A stretch of 64,000 nucleotides of DNA. Origin: Minisyncoccota bacterium. GTDB lineage: Bacteria; Patescibacteriota; Minisyncoccia; Phycocordibacterales; UBA6065. The stretch lies in contig JBAZUA010000005.1 of assembly GCA_041661645.1 (NCBI GenBank), positions 14,829 through 78,828 on the forward strand, read 5' to 3'. Shown piece after piece: positions 26,295-36,251 of the stretch. Position 1 is the first letter of the stretch. The number at the start of each line of letters is the position of its first letter. The position numbers were made by a program, and so were the translations under genes. The notes under the pieces were generated by a model, which worked only from the letters and a program-made list of their open reading frames with translations, searched no databases and was not told the origin of the DNA.

Positions 26295-27137
26295 ATGAAA
26301 AACCTCTCGCCGTTTTCCAAAAAAGTACTCAGGGCGGTGAAGGCCATCCCCTCGGGTTCGACTCTCTCATATGGCGAAGTGGCCAGGAAGGTCGGCAATG
26401 CCGGCGCCGCACGCGCCGTCGGCACCCTCATGTCCCACAATCTCGATCTCGCCGTGCCTTGTCATCGGGTCATTCGCGCGGACGGAAAGATCGGCGAGTA
26501 CAACGGCCTTCGCGACGCCAAGGGGCCGAAAGGGAAGCTTGCGGTACTCAGGGCCGAAAAGCTCGAGGTCATACGCGATGAGGTGCTTGCCCTCGCCGAG
26601 TCGCCGCTCTATTCCTATCGCGTCGAGAACGGCTATTTTCCCGTCATAGGCGAGGGAAGCCACACGGCCCATATCATGTTCGTCGGCGAGGCGCCGGGCG
26701 AGACCGAGGCAAAGACCGCCAAGCCTTTTTGCGGTCGCTCGGGCAAGCTCCTCGATGAACTCCTGGCCTCGATCAAGATGGATAGGGCATCGGTATATGT
26801 CACCAATCTCGTGAAGGATCGCCCTCAGGCCAACCGCGACCCCGAGCCTGCCGAGATCGCCCTCTATGCGCCGTTCCTCGAAAGGCAGATCGATATCATC
26901 CAACCCAAGGTCATCGCCACCCTCGGCAGGCATTCGATGAAGTTCGTCTTTGAGAAGTATGGGCTCTCGGCGGAACTGAGGCCCATCTCGAAAATACATG
27001 GCCAGGTATTCCAGGCCATCGCCTCGTACGGCCCCGTCACGGTGGTCGCCCTGTACCATCCCGCCGCGGCCCTCTATAATGGCTCGATGAAGCCGACGCT
27101 GATAGAAGACTTTAAAGTGCTCAGCAAATATAAGTAA
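26295..27137 (+). CDS. Fusion of an MGMT/Ogt C-terminal DNA-binding domain with a family-4 uracil-DNA glycosylase
   Basis: The N-terminus has PCHRVI (the alkyltransferase active-site Cys motif) and the preceding HTH. The C-terminus has GEAPGETE, PFCGRSGKLL and HPAAALY, which are family 4 UDG motifs. Confidence 0.6.
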   Translation: MKNLSPFSKKVLRAVKAIPSGSTLSYGEVARKVGNAGAARAVGTLMSHNLDLAVPCHRVIRADGKIGEYNGLRDAKGPKGKLAVLRAEKLEVIRDEVLALAESPLYSYRVENGYFPVIGEGSHTAHIMFVGEAPGETEAKTAKPFCGRSGKLLDELLASIKMDRASVYVTNLVKDRPQANRDPEPAEIALYAPFLERQIDIIQPKVIATLGRHSMKFVFEKYGLSAELRPISKIHGQVFQAIASYGPVTVVALYHPAAALYNGSMKPTLIEDFKVLSKYK

Positions 27138-27159
27138 GACACGCTAACTATTTTTCATT

Positions 27160-28917
27160 ATGAAAACCACCTGGAACCTCGGACTGCTGTATAGGGGCCA
27201 TGACGACCCAAGGATAGAGAAGGACATTCGCTCGGGCGAGCGTGCCTTTGCCGCGTTCGAAAAGAAGTACAAGGGCAAGACGGATTATCTCAAGAACGAG
27301 GCCAGGTTTCTGGCGGCCCTGACCGAGTTCGAGGAGATGTTCAGGGACCTGCGTCTCTCTGGCCCCGTCATGTACTTTCACTATGTCAAAGACCTCGATG
27401 GGTCTGACGTCGTTGCCCAGGCGCGGGAGACCCAGTTTTCCGAGCGATATGCCAAGAATGACCAGCGCATCGCCTTCTTCGAGCTCTCCATCGCCAAGAT
27501 ACCCGTCCCGCTCCAGAGGAAGTTCCTCGCGTCAAAGAAGCTCGCCCATTTCAGATACTATCTCAAGACCATATTCGACCGCTCGAAGCACAATCTCTCG
27601 GAGGCCGAGGAGAAGATCATGAGGCTCAAGTCCATTCCCGCGCATGACCAGTGGATAAACGCCACCGAAAAACTGCTTGGTAAGATGACTGTTGATTTCA
27701 AGGGGAAGAGCATCCCTCTGCCCGAGGCCGGAAACATGATTGGCGATCTGCAGCTGCCTGATCGACGCGAGCTCCATGATTCCCTCATGAAGACCCTCGG
27801 CACCATTGCCGACGTTGCCGAAGGGGAGCTAAACGCCATTGCCACCAACAAGAAGATAAATGACGAGCTCCGCGGCTACAAGGAGGCGTATGACGCCACC
27901 ATCCTTGGTTATCAAAATGATCGAAAGAGCGTCCTTGCCCTGGTCGATGTCGTTACCAAGAATTTCCACATAAGCCACAGGTTCAACAGGGTGAAGGCCC
28001 AGCTCCTCGGCCTCGATCGCCTGAGCTATGCCGACAGAAACGCCGGAATCGAGCCAGAGGTGAAGGAGGTCTCGTTCGATGAGGCTGTGGAGATTCTCCG
28101 CGATGTGTTTGGTTCTATTCATCCTCGCTACCTCTCGATACTTGACGGATATCTCGAGCGGGGCCAGATTGACGTGTATCCAAAAAAGGGGAAGAAGGGT
28201 GGTGCTTATTGTTCCGGCTCCCTCAACCTCCCGACGTTTGTCATGCTCAATTACACGAATACCCTGGATCAAGTATCTACTTTCGCGCATGAGATGGGTC
28301 ATGCCATTCATACCGAGCTCTCCGAATCACAGAGTCCCTTTTATCAGGACTATTCGACGTCTACCGCGGAGGTGGCAAGCACCCTCTTCGAATCTTTCGT
28401 CTTTGACGCTCTTTTCGAAAAGATGTCTGACAAGGAAAAGGTTGCCGCGCTTCACAACAAGATAAACGATGATGTCTGCACGATCTTCCGTCAGATAGCT
28501 TGTTTCAATTTCGAGGCGGAGATGCATGAAATCGTGCGCGAGAAGGGCGGCATATCGACGGACGAGCTGCGCGAGCTCATGAACAAACACATGGCCTCGT
28601 ATCTCGGTCCCGTGTTCGGTCTCAAGCCAGAGGACGGGAACTATTTCGTTTCATGGGGCCATCTTCGTCGATTCTTCTACGTCTATTCGTACGCCTTCGG
28701 TCAGCTCGTCTCGAAAGCGCTGTATGCGAATTACAAGAAGGATAAGAAGTATCTCGACAAGATAAACGCCTTCATGACAGCGGGCGGTTCCGATTCCCCC
28801 GAGAATATTTTTAAATCGGCAGGCATCGACGTCACCAAACCTGATTTCTGGAAGGCGGGACTGGCTTCGATCGAGGCTGATATCGAAAGGCTGGAGAAGC
28901 TTTCCGCGAAGAGGTAA
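27160..28917 (+). CDS. pepF: Oligoendopeptidase F (M3B family)
   Basis: HEMGHAIH zinc-binding motif and the M3B architecture. Confidence 0.8.
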   Translation: MKTTWNLGLLYRGHDDPRIEKDIRSGERAFAAFEKKYKGKTDYLKNEARFLAALTEFEEMFRDLRLSGPVMYFHYVKDLDGSDVVAQARETQFSERYAKNDQRIAFFELSIAKIPVPLQRKFLASKKLAHFRYYLKTIFDRSKHNLSEAEEKIMRLKSIPAHDQWINATEKLLGKMTVDFKGKSIPLPEAGNMIGDLQLPDRRELHDSLMKTLGTIADVAEGELNAIATNKKINDELRGYKEAYDATILGYQNDRKSVLALVDVVTKNFHISHRFNRVKAQLLGLDRLSYADRNAGIEPEVKEVSFDEAVEILRDVFGSIHPRYLSILDGYLERGQIDVYPKKGKKGGAYCSGSLNLPTFVMLNYTNTLDQVSTFAHEMGHAIHTELSESQSPFYQDYSTSTAEVASTLFESFVFDALFEKMSDKEKVAALHNKINDDVCTIFRQIACFNFEAEMHEIVREKGGISTDELRELMNKHMASYLGPVFGLKPEDGNYFVSWGHLRRFFYVYSYAFGQLVSKALYANYKKDKKYLDKINAFMTAGGSDSPENIFKSAGIDVTKPDFWKAGLASIEADIERLEKLSAKR

Positions 28918-28927
28918 ATACGCTAGT

Positions 28928-30730
28928 ATGGTTTCCATGCAAACACCCATGACATCAGCCGAGATACGCAGGCGGTTCCTCGCCTTCTTTGCGGCTCGTG
29001 GCCATGCCATCATGCCTTCGGCTTCGCTCGTGCCCGAGAATGACCCATCTGTGCTCTTCAACACCGCGGGAATGCAGCCTTTGGTGCCCTATCTCTTGGG
29101 CGAGAAGCATCCTGCCGGCACTCGATTAGCCAACTTTCAAAAATGCGTTCGCACGGGCGATATCGACGACATCGGCGACAATACCCACGCGACCTTCTTT
29201 GAGATGATGGGCAACTGGTCGCTCGGCGACTATTTCAAGGAGGAGGCGATCAACTGGAGCTTCGAGCTTCTCACCTCGAAGACCGAGGGTTTCGGCCTCG
29301 ACCCTCAGCGACTCTATGTCACTTGCTTCGAGGGCGACGAGAACGCGCCTCGCGACGAGGAGACCGCCGAAATATGGCGTGGCATCTTTGCAAAAAACGG
29401 AGTGATGGGCGAGCGTGTCTATTTCATGCCCGCAGACAAGAACTGGTGGCAGCCGGGCCCGAATGGCCCCTGCGGTCCCGACACGGAGATGTTCTATGAC
29501 CTCACGGGCAGTCTGATCGAGGGCATGACCAAGGCCGAATACCTCAAGGCCGATGATGCCCAGCAGGTGGTCGAGATCTGGAACGACGTATTCATGCAGT
29601 ATTTGAAGAAGGATGACAAGGTTGTCGGCATGCTCGAAAAGAAAAACGTTGACACGGGCTCGGGATTCGAGCGCGTCACCATGACGCTTCAGGGCAAGGA
29701 CAATATCTTCGATACGGACATCTTCACGGGCATCATGGCCGAGGCAGGGAAGATCGCCTCGAACCTCAAGTCGCGGCGCATCGTCTCTGACCATTTGCGG
29801 GCTGCCGTATTTATGATTGCCGACGGCGTCTTGCCGGCCAACACCGATCAGGGATATGTCCTTCGCCGCCTGATTCGTCGTGCCGTATTCAACACGGACA
29901 AAAAGACCCTTTCAGGGCAGTCCGTCGAGGCCCTCGTCGGTGCCGTGGTCGCCACCTATCGCGATGTCTATCCAAATGTGGCCGCGCAGGAGGGCAAGAT
30001 AGCGACCGAAATCTACAAGGAGGCAGAGAAGTTCTCGAAGGCCCTCTCGCATGGCCTCGGCGAGTTTGAGAAAATCGCCAAGCAGGGCAGGGGCATTTCT
30101 GGTTCCGAGGCATTCACCCTTTTCTCGAGCTATGGCTTCCCGATCGACCTCACCGTCGAGCTGGCAAAAGGGCGCGGCGTCTCCGTCGATCGCGCGTCAT
30201 TTGACGTCGAGTTCAAGAAGCATCAGGACCTCTCTCGCGCAGGCGCAGAGCAGAAGTTCAAGGGTGGCATGGGCGACACCTCCGAGGTTTCCCTCAGATA
30301 TCACACCGCCACGCATCTTCTGCATCAGGCCCTTCGCCAGGTTCTCGGCACCCATGTCCAGCAGAAGGGCTCGAACATCACGCCCGAGCGACTGCGCTTT
30401 GATTTCGTCCACACGGCGAAGATGACCGACGACGAGAAGAAGAAGGTCGAGGATATCGTGAACGCGGCCATTGCGGCCAAGCTCCCGGTCCATCGGGTCG
30501 AGCTTCCCAAGGCCGAGGCCGAGAAGACGGGCGCCCTCCATTTCTTTGGCGACAAGTATGGTGATGTTGTTTCCGTGTATTACATAGGAAGTGACATCGA
30601 TTCCGCCATATCAAAGGAGTTCTGCGGCGGCCCTCATGTCGAGAACACCGGCGTACTCGGCACTTTCAAAATCCAAAAGGAAGAGGCGGTTTCCGCTGGG
30701 GTTCGCAGGATTAAGGCCGTGCTCGCGTAA
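28928..30730 (+). CDS. alaS: Alanyl-tRNA synthetase, short form lacking the C-terminal C-Ala domain
   Basis: The N-terminal catalytic core matches E. coli AlaRS (TSAEIRRRFLAFF, LVPENDPSVLFNTAGM). The editing domain is present (HTATHLLH, FCGGPHV). The protein ends after the editing domain at 600 aa. The start could also be 28949. Confidence 0.8.
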   Translation: MVSMQTPMTSAEIRRRFLAFFAARGHAIMPSASLVPENDPSVLFNTAGMQPLVPYLLGEKHPAGTRLANFQKCVRTGDIDDIGDNTHATFFEMMGNWSLGDYFKEEAINWSFELLTSKTEGFGLDPQRLYVTCFEGDENAPRDEETAEIWRGIFAKNGVMGERVYFMPADKNWWQPGPNGPCGPDTEMFYDLTGSLIEGMTKAEYLKADDAQQVVEIWNDVFMQYLKKDDKVVGMLEKKNVDTGSGFERVTMTLQGKDNIFDTDIFTGIMAEAGKIASNLKSRRIVSDHLRAAVFMIADGVLPANTDQGYVLRRLIRRAVFNTDKKTLSGQSVEALVGAVVATYRDVYPNVAAQEGKIATEIYKEAEKFSKALSHGLGEFEKIAKQGRGISGSEAFTLFSSYGFPIDLTVELAKGRGVSVDRASFDVEFKKHQDLSRAGAEQKFKGGMGDTSEVSLRYHTATHLLHQALRQVLGTHVQQKGSNITPERLRFDFVHTAKMTDDEKKKVEDIVNAAIAAKLPVHRVELPKAEAEKTGALHFFGDKYGDVVSVYYIGSDIDSAISKEFCGGPHVENTGVLGTFKIQKEEAVSAGVRRIKAVLA

Positions 30731-30815
30731 CGCATTGTATTAGGTTGTAATACAAAATCACTACAGCCAGCCACCCTGTAATTCACTGTAATACAGCCCG
30801 AAAAAAGACGAAAAA

Positions 30816-31094
30816 ATGTCACTTCTCCGCGGCAACAAGTTCAGCGACTCGCATCAGACATACATCCCTGAGTCAGAGGGCGTGCTTGTGGCCGCCAAGA
30901 ATCTGGAATCCGTGACCAAGATAGTCCTGAGCGTCATTGTGCCCGTGAAGTCGGGGGCGCCCCGTCTCAAAATCTCATCCATACCTGCCGGAATCAAATG
31001 CGTGGTGAGAGGGAGGAATGCCCAGCAGGATTTTTTCATATATACGAAGGAGCCATCGGTGGTCAGGCACCTTCTTCAGGAGATGTTTGGGTAA
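30816..31094 (+). CDS. Hypothetical small protein (92 aa)
   Basis: An ORF preceded by inverted repeats. No motif recognised. Confidence 0.3.
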   Translation: MSLLRGNKFSDSHQTYIPESEGVLVAAKNLESVTKIVLSVIVPVKSGAPRLKISSIPAGIKCVVRGRNAQQDFFIYTKEPSVVRHLLQEMFG

Positions 31095-31112
31095 CGCTTT
31101 TGCATAAAGAAA

Positions 31113-31141
31113 AAGGCGCGCTTTGTGAGCGCGCCCTGTTT
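31113..31141. terminator. Bidirectional terminator: GGCGCGC/GCGCGCC flanked by an A-run and a T-run
   Basis: Lies between convergent genes. Confidence 0.55.
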
Positions 31142-31147
31142 TGCTAC

Positions 31148-32194
31148 CTAGCTCGTCACCTCAAGTGAGTTGACTGCCGATTTGATTGTCCCCATGGACT
31201 CCTTTGCCTCGATGAGCCCAGGGTCTTCAACCACGGCGTTGAGCTCGAGTGACTTTCTGACCAAGGCATCCCTTTCTGCGATCAGTGGGTCGATCTCGGC
31301 CTTCAGCCGGCGAATCTTGGCGTCACATGCCGAGATGCGCGAGTCGACGCGTTCCTTCTCGGAAATCGCCGAATCGTAGCGCTTGACCTGCGCTGCCAGT
31401 CCCCTGATGAAACTCTGAAAGTCAGCCTGTGGCGCAAGGCTTGGGGCCTTCACCACTGATTCTGGCCTCGAGGGTTGCCGGGTATCGACACTCAGTTGCA
31501 TCATGCCTTCCGCCCCTTTGATCAGGTGGCCCTCTCTGAAGCACCAGCTCATGATCTGCCCCAATGCCTTGTTAGGGCTGTCTTTCGGGACGAGGCCCTT
31601 GGATCGCATCAGGGCGCGGAATTGATCCGAGGTGAAGGGTCTGGATCCATACCCCTCCTTGATCGAATCCAATAGCAATCCGACCAGCACTTTGTCGTGG
31701 GTAAACCCTAACAGTGACTTACCCTCCTGACCTTTTGTTGTCGTGTTGTCTCCCGCCGGACCTGATAAGGTCTCAGGACTTTGGCTGGGGAAGGCGACGA
31801 CCTTTGCCTGCTCTTTGGCGACAGTCGTCACCTTGGGTTCTATGGCCATCCCGTTCACGAACACCCCTCCTGACGCACCGAGCTTGTCCATGACCATGTT
31901 TCGCAGGCACTCACCCTTGACCTCATCGCACCGTAGGTAGCAACGGTGATATGAGTCATTTTTGCTGTTGTGCTTCACGTCTAACGTGAGGCTGCTGGTG
32001 GTCGATGACTTAACCTTGATATGCGGGGGCTGTCCACCGTTGCTGCGTAGGCGTTCGCCTACCGCCAGGGTGAACCTGCCGCTGATTTCCAGGGTTTCGA
32101 GCATCGAGCGAACGAGGCTCACAGACTCGGGAACATTCATCCCTTTTGCGGCGAGGGTGAATAGTGGGGCAGTCGCTGACAATGCGGTTTGCAT
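31148..32194 (-). CDS. Hypothetical protein with a C-terminal coiled coil (348 aa)
   Basis: Minus-strand ORF. Its upstream region (32195-32324) is AT-rich. No motif recognised. Confidence 0.4.
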   Translation of the reverse strand: MQTALSATAPLFTLAAKGMNVPESVSLVRSMLETLEISGRFTLAVGERLRSNGGQPPHIKVKSSTTSSLTLDVKHNSKNDSYHRCYLRCDEVKGECLRNMVMDKLGASGGVFVNGMAIEPKVTTVAKEQAKVVAFPSQSPETLSGPAGDNTTTKGQEGKSLLGFTHDKVLVGLLLDSIKEGYGSRPFTSDQFRALMRSKGLVPKDSPNKALGQIMSWCFREGHLIKGAEGMMQLSVDTRQPSRPESVVKAPSLAPQADFQSFIRGLAAQVKRYDSAISEKERVDSRISACDAKIRRLKAEIDPLIAERDALVRKSLELNAVVEDPGLIEAKESMGTIKSAVNSLEVTS

Positions 32195-32324
32195 CTTGTA
32201 GTTTCTCCGTATCTATTGTTGTGGTTGGGCTCTTTTTGAAAGAGCGTTCGTAAATTATTTTACATATAAATGTTGATATGTCAATGGTGGTTTTTATTTT
32301 AAAAAACTACGATATACTAATCCC

Positions 32325-33536
32325 ATGTTCTCCTTTGGAAAACCACGCGTCGAGCTCGGAGTCGTCTTCGACATAGGATCGTCGTCCGTCGGTGCCGCGC
32401 TTGCGCTGTTCGAGAAAGGCATCCCTTCCCGCGTCGTCTATGACGTCCGCGAGCCCATCTCCCTCCAGGAAAAGCCTGAGCCGGGGCGTTTCTTCGATGA
32501 CATGCTCTCGGCGCTGGGCCGGGTCAACGCCATTGTCCTGAAGGATGGCCTCGCGACCCTTTCCGCGGCTGATCGCTCGTCTCTTTCCATAAGGCACGTG
32601 GCATATATCTTCTCGTCGCCCTGGTCCGTGTCCCAGACCAAGACGGTCACCATAAACAAGTACGATGCGTTCACCTTCACGCGGGCGATGGTCAATGAGA
32701 TCATCGAAGACAGCGAGAAGATATTCGCAAAATCCATAAGGGAAGACGGTCTCTCTGATCTTCCCGGCGGCCTCTCGATCATCGAGAAGCGCGTCATACA
32801 CATTGCTCTCAATGGATATCAGGTGCCTGAGCCTTATGGAAAGAAGACGAGGCGTGCTGACATGTCGTTCTTCATGAGCTTTGCGCCGAAGGCTGTCATC
32901 GACAGGATATCCGAGGTGTCAATGTCCACATTCCATCCGCGGGACACCAAAATATTCTCGGCACCGCTCGTCGCCTTTTCGGTCATACGCGATTCGTTCC
33001 ACAACACCGACGATTTCGTCTTTCTCGACGTCGGCGGCGAAATCTCCGAGGTGTCAGTCATAAAGGGCGGCCTCATACTTGAGACTATCAGTTTTCCGAC
33101 GGGTTTTCGCTCGCTCGTCAGGTCCGTTGCGGCTGATTTCTTCGTCACGTACACGGAAGCCGAGTCCCTGATCAACCTTGACGCGAGCGGACATGGCGAT
33201 GATTCGGTGAGGGAAAGGCTCGTTCCCGCCGTCGATCGCGCCGCCCAGGCCTGGTCCGATGCCTTTCATAAGGCGCTTTCGGGACTGTCCACCAGGATGT
33301 CCATGCCTCGAGAGCTTTTCGCGAGCGCGGATAGCGACCTTGTTCGATTTCTCGTGGGGGCCATAAAAGACGAGCGGGTGAGTCAGTTCGGGGTTGCCGA
33401 GGTCCCGTTTTTCGTCACCCTGCTCTCGCCTGACAAGCTCAAGGACCTGGTTGTCTTCGCGCCGACCGCCCAGAAAGACATGTCGATCGCCCTCGCCGTC
33501 GGATTCATCGGCAGAAGCGGCCTCGAAAGTTATTAA
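32325..33536 (+). CDS. Actin-like ATPase (ASKHA superfamily; FtsA/PilM-like)
   Basis: Phosphate-1-like VVFDIGSSSVGAA and phosphate-2-like FLDVGGEISEVSV. The family assignment is tentative. Confidence 0.4.
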   Translation: MFSFGKPRVELGVVFDIGSSSVGAALALFEKGIPSRVVYDVREPISLQEKPEPGRFFDDMLSALGRVNAIVLKDGLATLSAADRSSLSIRHVAYIFSSPWSVSQTKTVTINKYDAFTFTRAMVNEIIEDSEKIFAKSIREDGLSDLPGGLSIIEKRVIHIALNGYQVPEPYGKKTRRADMSFFMSFAPKAVIDRISEVSMSTFHPRDTKIFSAPLVAFSVIRDSFHNTDDFVFLDVGGEISEVSVIKGGLILETISFPTGFRSLVRSVAADFFVTYTEAESLINLDASGHGDDSVRERLVPAVDRAAQAWSDAFHKALSGLSTRMSMPRELFASADSDLVRFLVGAIKDERVSQFGVAEVPFFVTLLSPDKLKDLVVFAPTAQKDMSIALAVGFIGRSGLESY

Positions 33537-33577
33537 CACCTGACGGCAATTTCGGGAATATAGTATAATCGCAGCAT

Positions 33578-34870
33578 ATGACACGAAAACCCATCAGAGA
33601 CATAGTGCCCAATGGCGGCAGGTCGATAAGGAACATCCCCTTGTCCTCAAAGAGGGCGTATGCGGACGAGCCTCAAGAAGAGATACGAAAGGAGGTTCTG
33701 AAAAGCGTCAGGGAAGAGTTCGAGTACGTCGCCGAGGAGAGGGCTGGCAGCGGCGGCAAAAAATATTTCATATTCGGCGGGGCAGTCGCCGCCGCCGTTC
33801 TCGCGATACTCGTCATATCAAGCGTGTTCCATGGCGCGACGGTCACCGTCACCCCTCGGGTATCGGCCGTTTCAATAAAGGACGACGTCACTGCCGGCAA
33901 ATCAAGCGCCGCCGCAGGCCTTTCATTCCAATCCAAGGTCATCAAGCAGACGGGATCGGTGCAGCTCAAGGCGCTGGGCGAAAAGCAGGTCAACACTCAG
34001 GCATCGGGCACCATCGTTATCTATAACAATTACAGCGCCGCTGCCCAGAGACTCGTCAAGAATACCCGCTTCGAGACCCCTGAGGGCCTCATTTACCGCA
34101 TAAGCGACTCCGTGACCGTTCCGGGCAAGAAGGGCACGACCCCGGGCAGCATAGAGGCCGTGGTCCTCGCCGACGAGGCAGGGGACAAGTATAATGTCGG
34201 CCTCAAGGACTTCACCGTCCCTGGTTTCAAGGGTGATCCCCGCTATGCCGCCTTCACGGCAAAGTCAAAGCCGTCAGCCCCCCTCCAGGGCGGCTTCTCG
34301 GGTACGGTAAAAACCGTCGCCGATGCCGACATGGTCAAGGCCCAGTCTGACATCAAGACCAAGGCGACCGTCGAGCTCCTCAAGCAGGCTCAGGCCCAGG
34401 TTCCTGAGGGATCAGTCTTCTTCGCAGGTGCCAACACCATCGCCTGCGCGCCGCTTCCCCAGGAAAGCGTCTCATCAGGTGAAGTCCTCATAAAGATGGA
34501 GTGCGTGCTTTCCGCCGCATTCTTCGACAAGCAGGCCATAAGCTCATATCTCGCCAAGACAAAGGTCAGCGGATACAAGAACGAGCCTATCGTCATACGA
34601 AGTATCGAGAACCTCTCTTTTGTTCCGAAGGAAGGCTTTGATCCAACCGCAGAGAGCATCTCCTTCGCCCTCTCGGGTGACGCCATCTTTGAATGGCTCT
34701 ATGACGAGGCTGGCTTCAAGCAGAAATTGACTGGCGCAAAGTCATCCGATGTCCCCTCGATTACCCAAGGCTTCCCAACCATAGAGAAAGTGGAGGTATC
34801 CATCCGTCCCTTCTGGAGGAAGACCTTCCCGGGCGACGTGAAGAGCATAACCGTCAAGAAGGCCCTCTAA
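33578..34870 (+). CDS. Hypothetical membrane-anchored protein with a large extracytoplasmic domain (430 aa)
   Basis: A single TM helix after a charged N-terminus, then a T/S/G/V-rich beta-like domain. Unknown family. Confidence 0.4.
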   Translation: MTRKPIRDIVPNGGRSIRNIPLSSKRAYADEPQEEIRKEVLKSVREEFEYVAEERAGSGGKKYFIFGGAVAAAVLAILVISSVFHGATVTVTPRVSAVSIKDDVTAGKSSAAAGLSFQSKVIKQTGSVQLKALGEKQVNTQASGTIVIYNNYSAAAQRLVKNTRFETPEGLIYRISDSVTVPGKKGTTPGSIEAVVLADEAGDKYNVGLKDFTVPGFKGDPRYAAFTAKSKPSAPLQGGFSGTVKTVADADMVKAQSDIKTKATVELLKQAQAQVPEGSVFFAGANTIACAPLPQESVSSGEVLIKMECVLSAAFFDKQAISSYLAKTKVSGYKNEPIVIRSIENLSFVPKEGFDPTAESISFALSGDAIFEWLYDEAGFKQKLTGAKSSDVPSITQGFPTIEKVEVSIRPFWRKTFPGDVKSITVKKAL

Positions 34871-34923
34871 TGCAGATTGACAATAGTCTGGCTTTGGTTT
34901 AATCTAGCCAGACGTTCTAATAA

Positions 34924-35136
34924 ATGATTGATACAAACAAGACAAGCGTTATCGGGGTCGTAACTGAGGCATTGCCGAACACCTTCTTTCGAGTGAGGCT
35001 CGATGATGGCACGGAACTGCTCACCTATCTGGCGGGCAAGATGAGGATGAACCGCATTAGGGTGCTCATAGGCGACAAGGTGAAGCTCGAGCTCGAGCCG
35101 TATGGCGGAAAGGGACGGATTATACAGCGTATGTAA
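34924..35136 (+). CDS. infA: Translation initiation factor IF-1
   Basis: 70-aa S1-like fold with a typical IF-1 sequence ([19 protein letters not shown]). Confidence 0.85.
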   Translation: MIDTNKTSVIGVVTEALPNTFFRVRLDDGTELLTYLAGKMRMNRIRVLIGDKVKLELEPYGGKGRIIQRM

Positions 35137-35160
35137 TCAAGATTTCGTAACAGCAATAAC

Positions 35161-35277
35161 ATGAGAGTAAAATCATCAGTCAAGAAGAAATGTGCGGTAT
35201 GCAAGGTGGTCCGACGAAAGGGCTACGTATACGTCATCTGCAAATCCAATCCTCGCCACAAGCAGCGACAGGGTTAA
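35161..35277 (+). CDS. rpmJ: 50S ribosomal protein L36
   Basis: Not in the ORF track because it is under 60 aa. Manual translation gives [38 protein letters not shown]. Confidence 0.85.
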   Translation: MRVKSSVKKKCAVCKVVRRKGYVYVICKSNPRHKQRQG

Positions 35278-35368
35278 TTTTAGGCTGGAGGCTCTTGGGG
35301 AGTTTACAGCCATTTTATTCTGTGCTAGTATTGAAAACTCTTAATTCTAATATTTAAAGCCACACGAC

Positions 35369-35752
35369 ATGCGAATTCTTGGTATAACCCTTCCCGACGA
35401 AAAGCGTATAGAAATCGCCCTCACGACGCTCTTTGGAATCGGCCGCTCTCGCGCCCAGAAAATCCTCAAGGACGCCAAGGTTTCCCTGGAGAAAAAGGCA
35501 AAGGAAGTGACCGCTGACGAGGAGAACGCCATCCGCAAGATCATCGAGACCTCCTTCAAGATAGAGGGAGACCTCAAGCGAGAGGTTTCGGCGAACGTCA
35601 AGCGCCTCAAGGACATCAAGGCATACCGAGGCATTCGCCATCAGCGAAGCCTGCCTGTGAACGGCCAGAGGACAAAGACCAACTCTCGAACCCGACGCGG
35701 GAACACCCGAAAGACCATGGGTACCGGACGAAAGGCAGAGACGAAGAAGTAA
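35369..35752 (+). CDS. rpsM: 30S ribosomal protein S13
   Basis: MRILGITLPDEKRIEIALTTLFGIG is typical of S13. Confidence 0.9.
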   Translation: MRILGITLPDEKRIEIALTTLFGIGRSRAQKILKDAKVSLEKKAKEVTADEENAIRKIIETSFKIEGDLKREVSANVKRLKDIKAYRGIRHQRSLPVNGQRTKTNSRTRRGNTRKTMGTGRKAETKK

Positions 35753-35785
35753 TCATTATAATCACTTAACGAAACCCCTATTACC

Positions 35786-36226
35786 ATGGCTAAGAAAAGC
35801 ACCGGAGCGGCAGAAGGAGAGGCAAAGGCACCAGCAGTGGCTGCCGTCGCTCCTGTTGCGAAATCCTCTTCAAAGAAGAAGGTCGAATCTGGCATCCTTT
35901 ACGTTCAGTCGACCTATAACAACACCATGTGCCTCCTCACGGACGCATCGGGAAACGCGCTCGCGTCTTCGTCTGCGGGCGCCCTCGGTTTCAAGGGTGC
36001 CAAGAAAGGCACCCCTTTCGCCGCTGCGAAGGTCGGCGACGTTCTCGCGACCAAGGGCCAGCTCTTCGGCCTCAAGGAGGTGGCGGTTGTCATCAAGGGA
36101 GTCGGATCGGGACGAGAGTCAGCGGTTCGAAGCTTCATCACCAAGGGAATCAACATCCTTTCGGTGAAGGACGTTACCCCCGTGCCCCATAACGGACCAA
36201 GGCCTCCTCGAGCGCGACGAGTATAA
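35786..36226 (+). CDS. rpsK: 30S ribosomal protein S11
   Basis: Conserved S11 core YVQSTYNNTMCLLTD. Confidence 0.9.
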   Translation: MAKKSTGAAEGEAKAPAVAAVAPVAKSSSKKKVESGILYVQSTYNNTMCLLTDASGNALASSSAGALGFKGAKKGTPFAAAKVGDVLATKGQLFGLKEVAVVIKGVGSGRESAVRSFITKGINILSVKDVTPVPHNGPRPPRARRV

Positions 36227-36251
36227 ACTTTATATATAAGCCCCAGAAACA

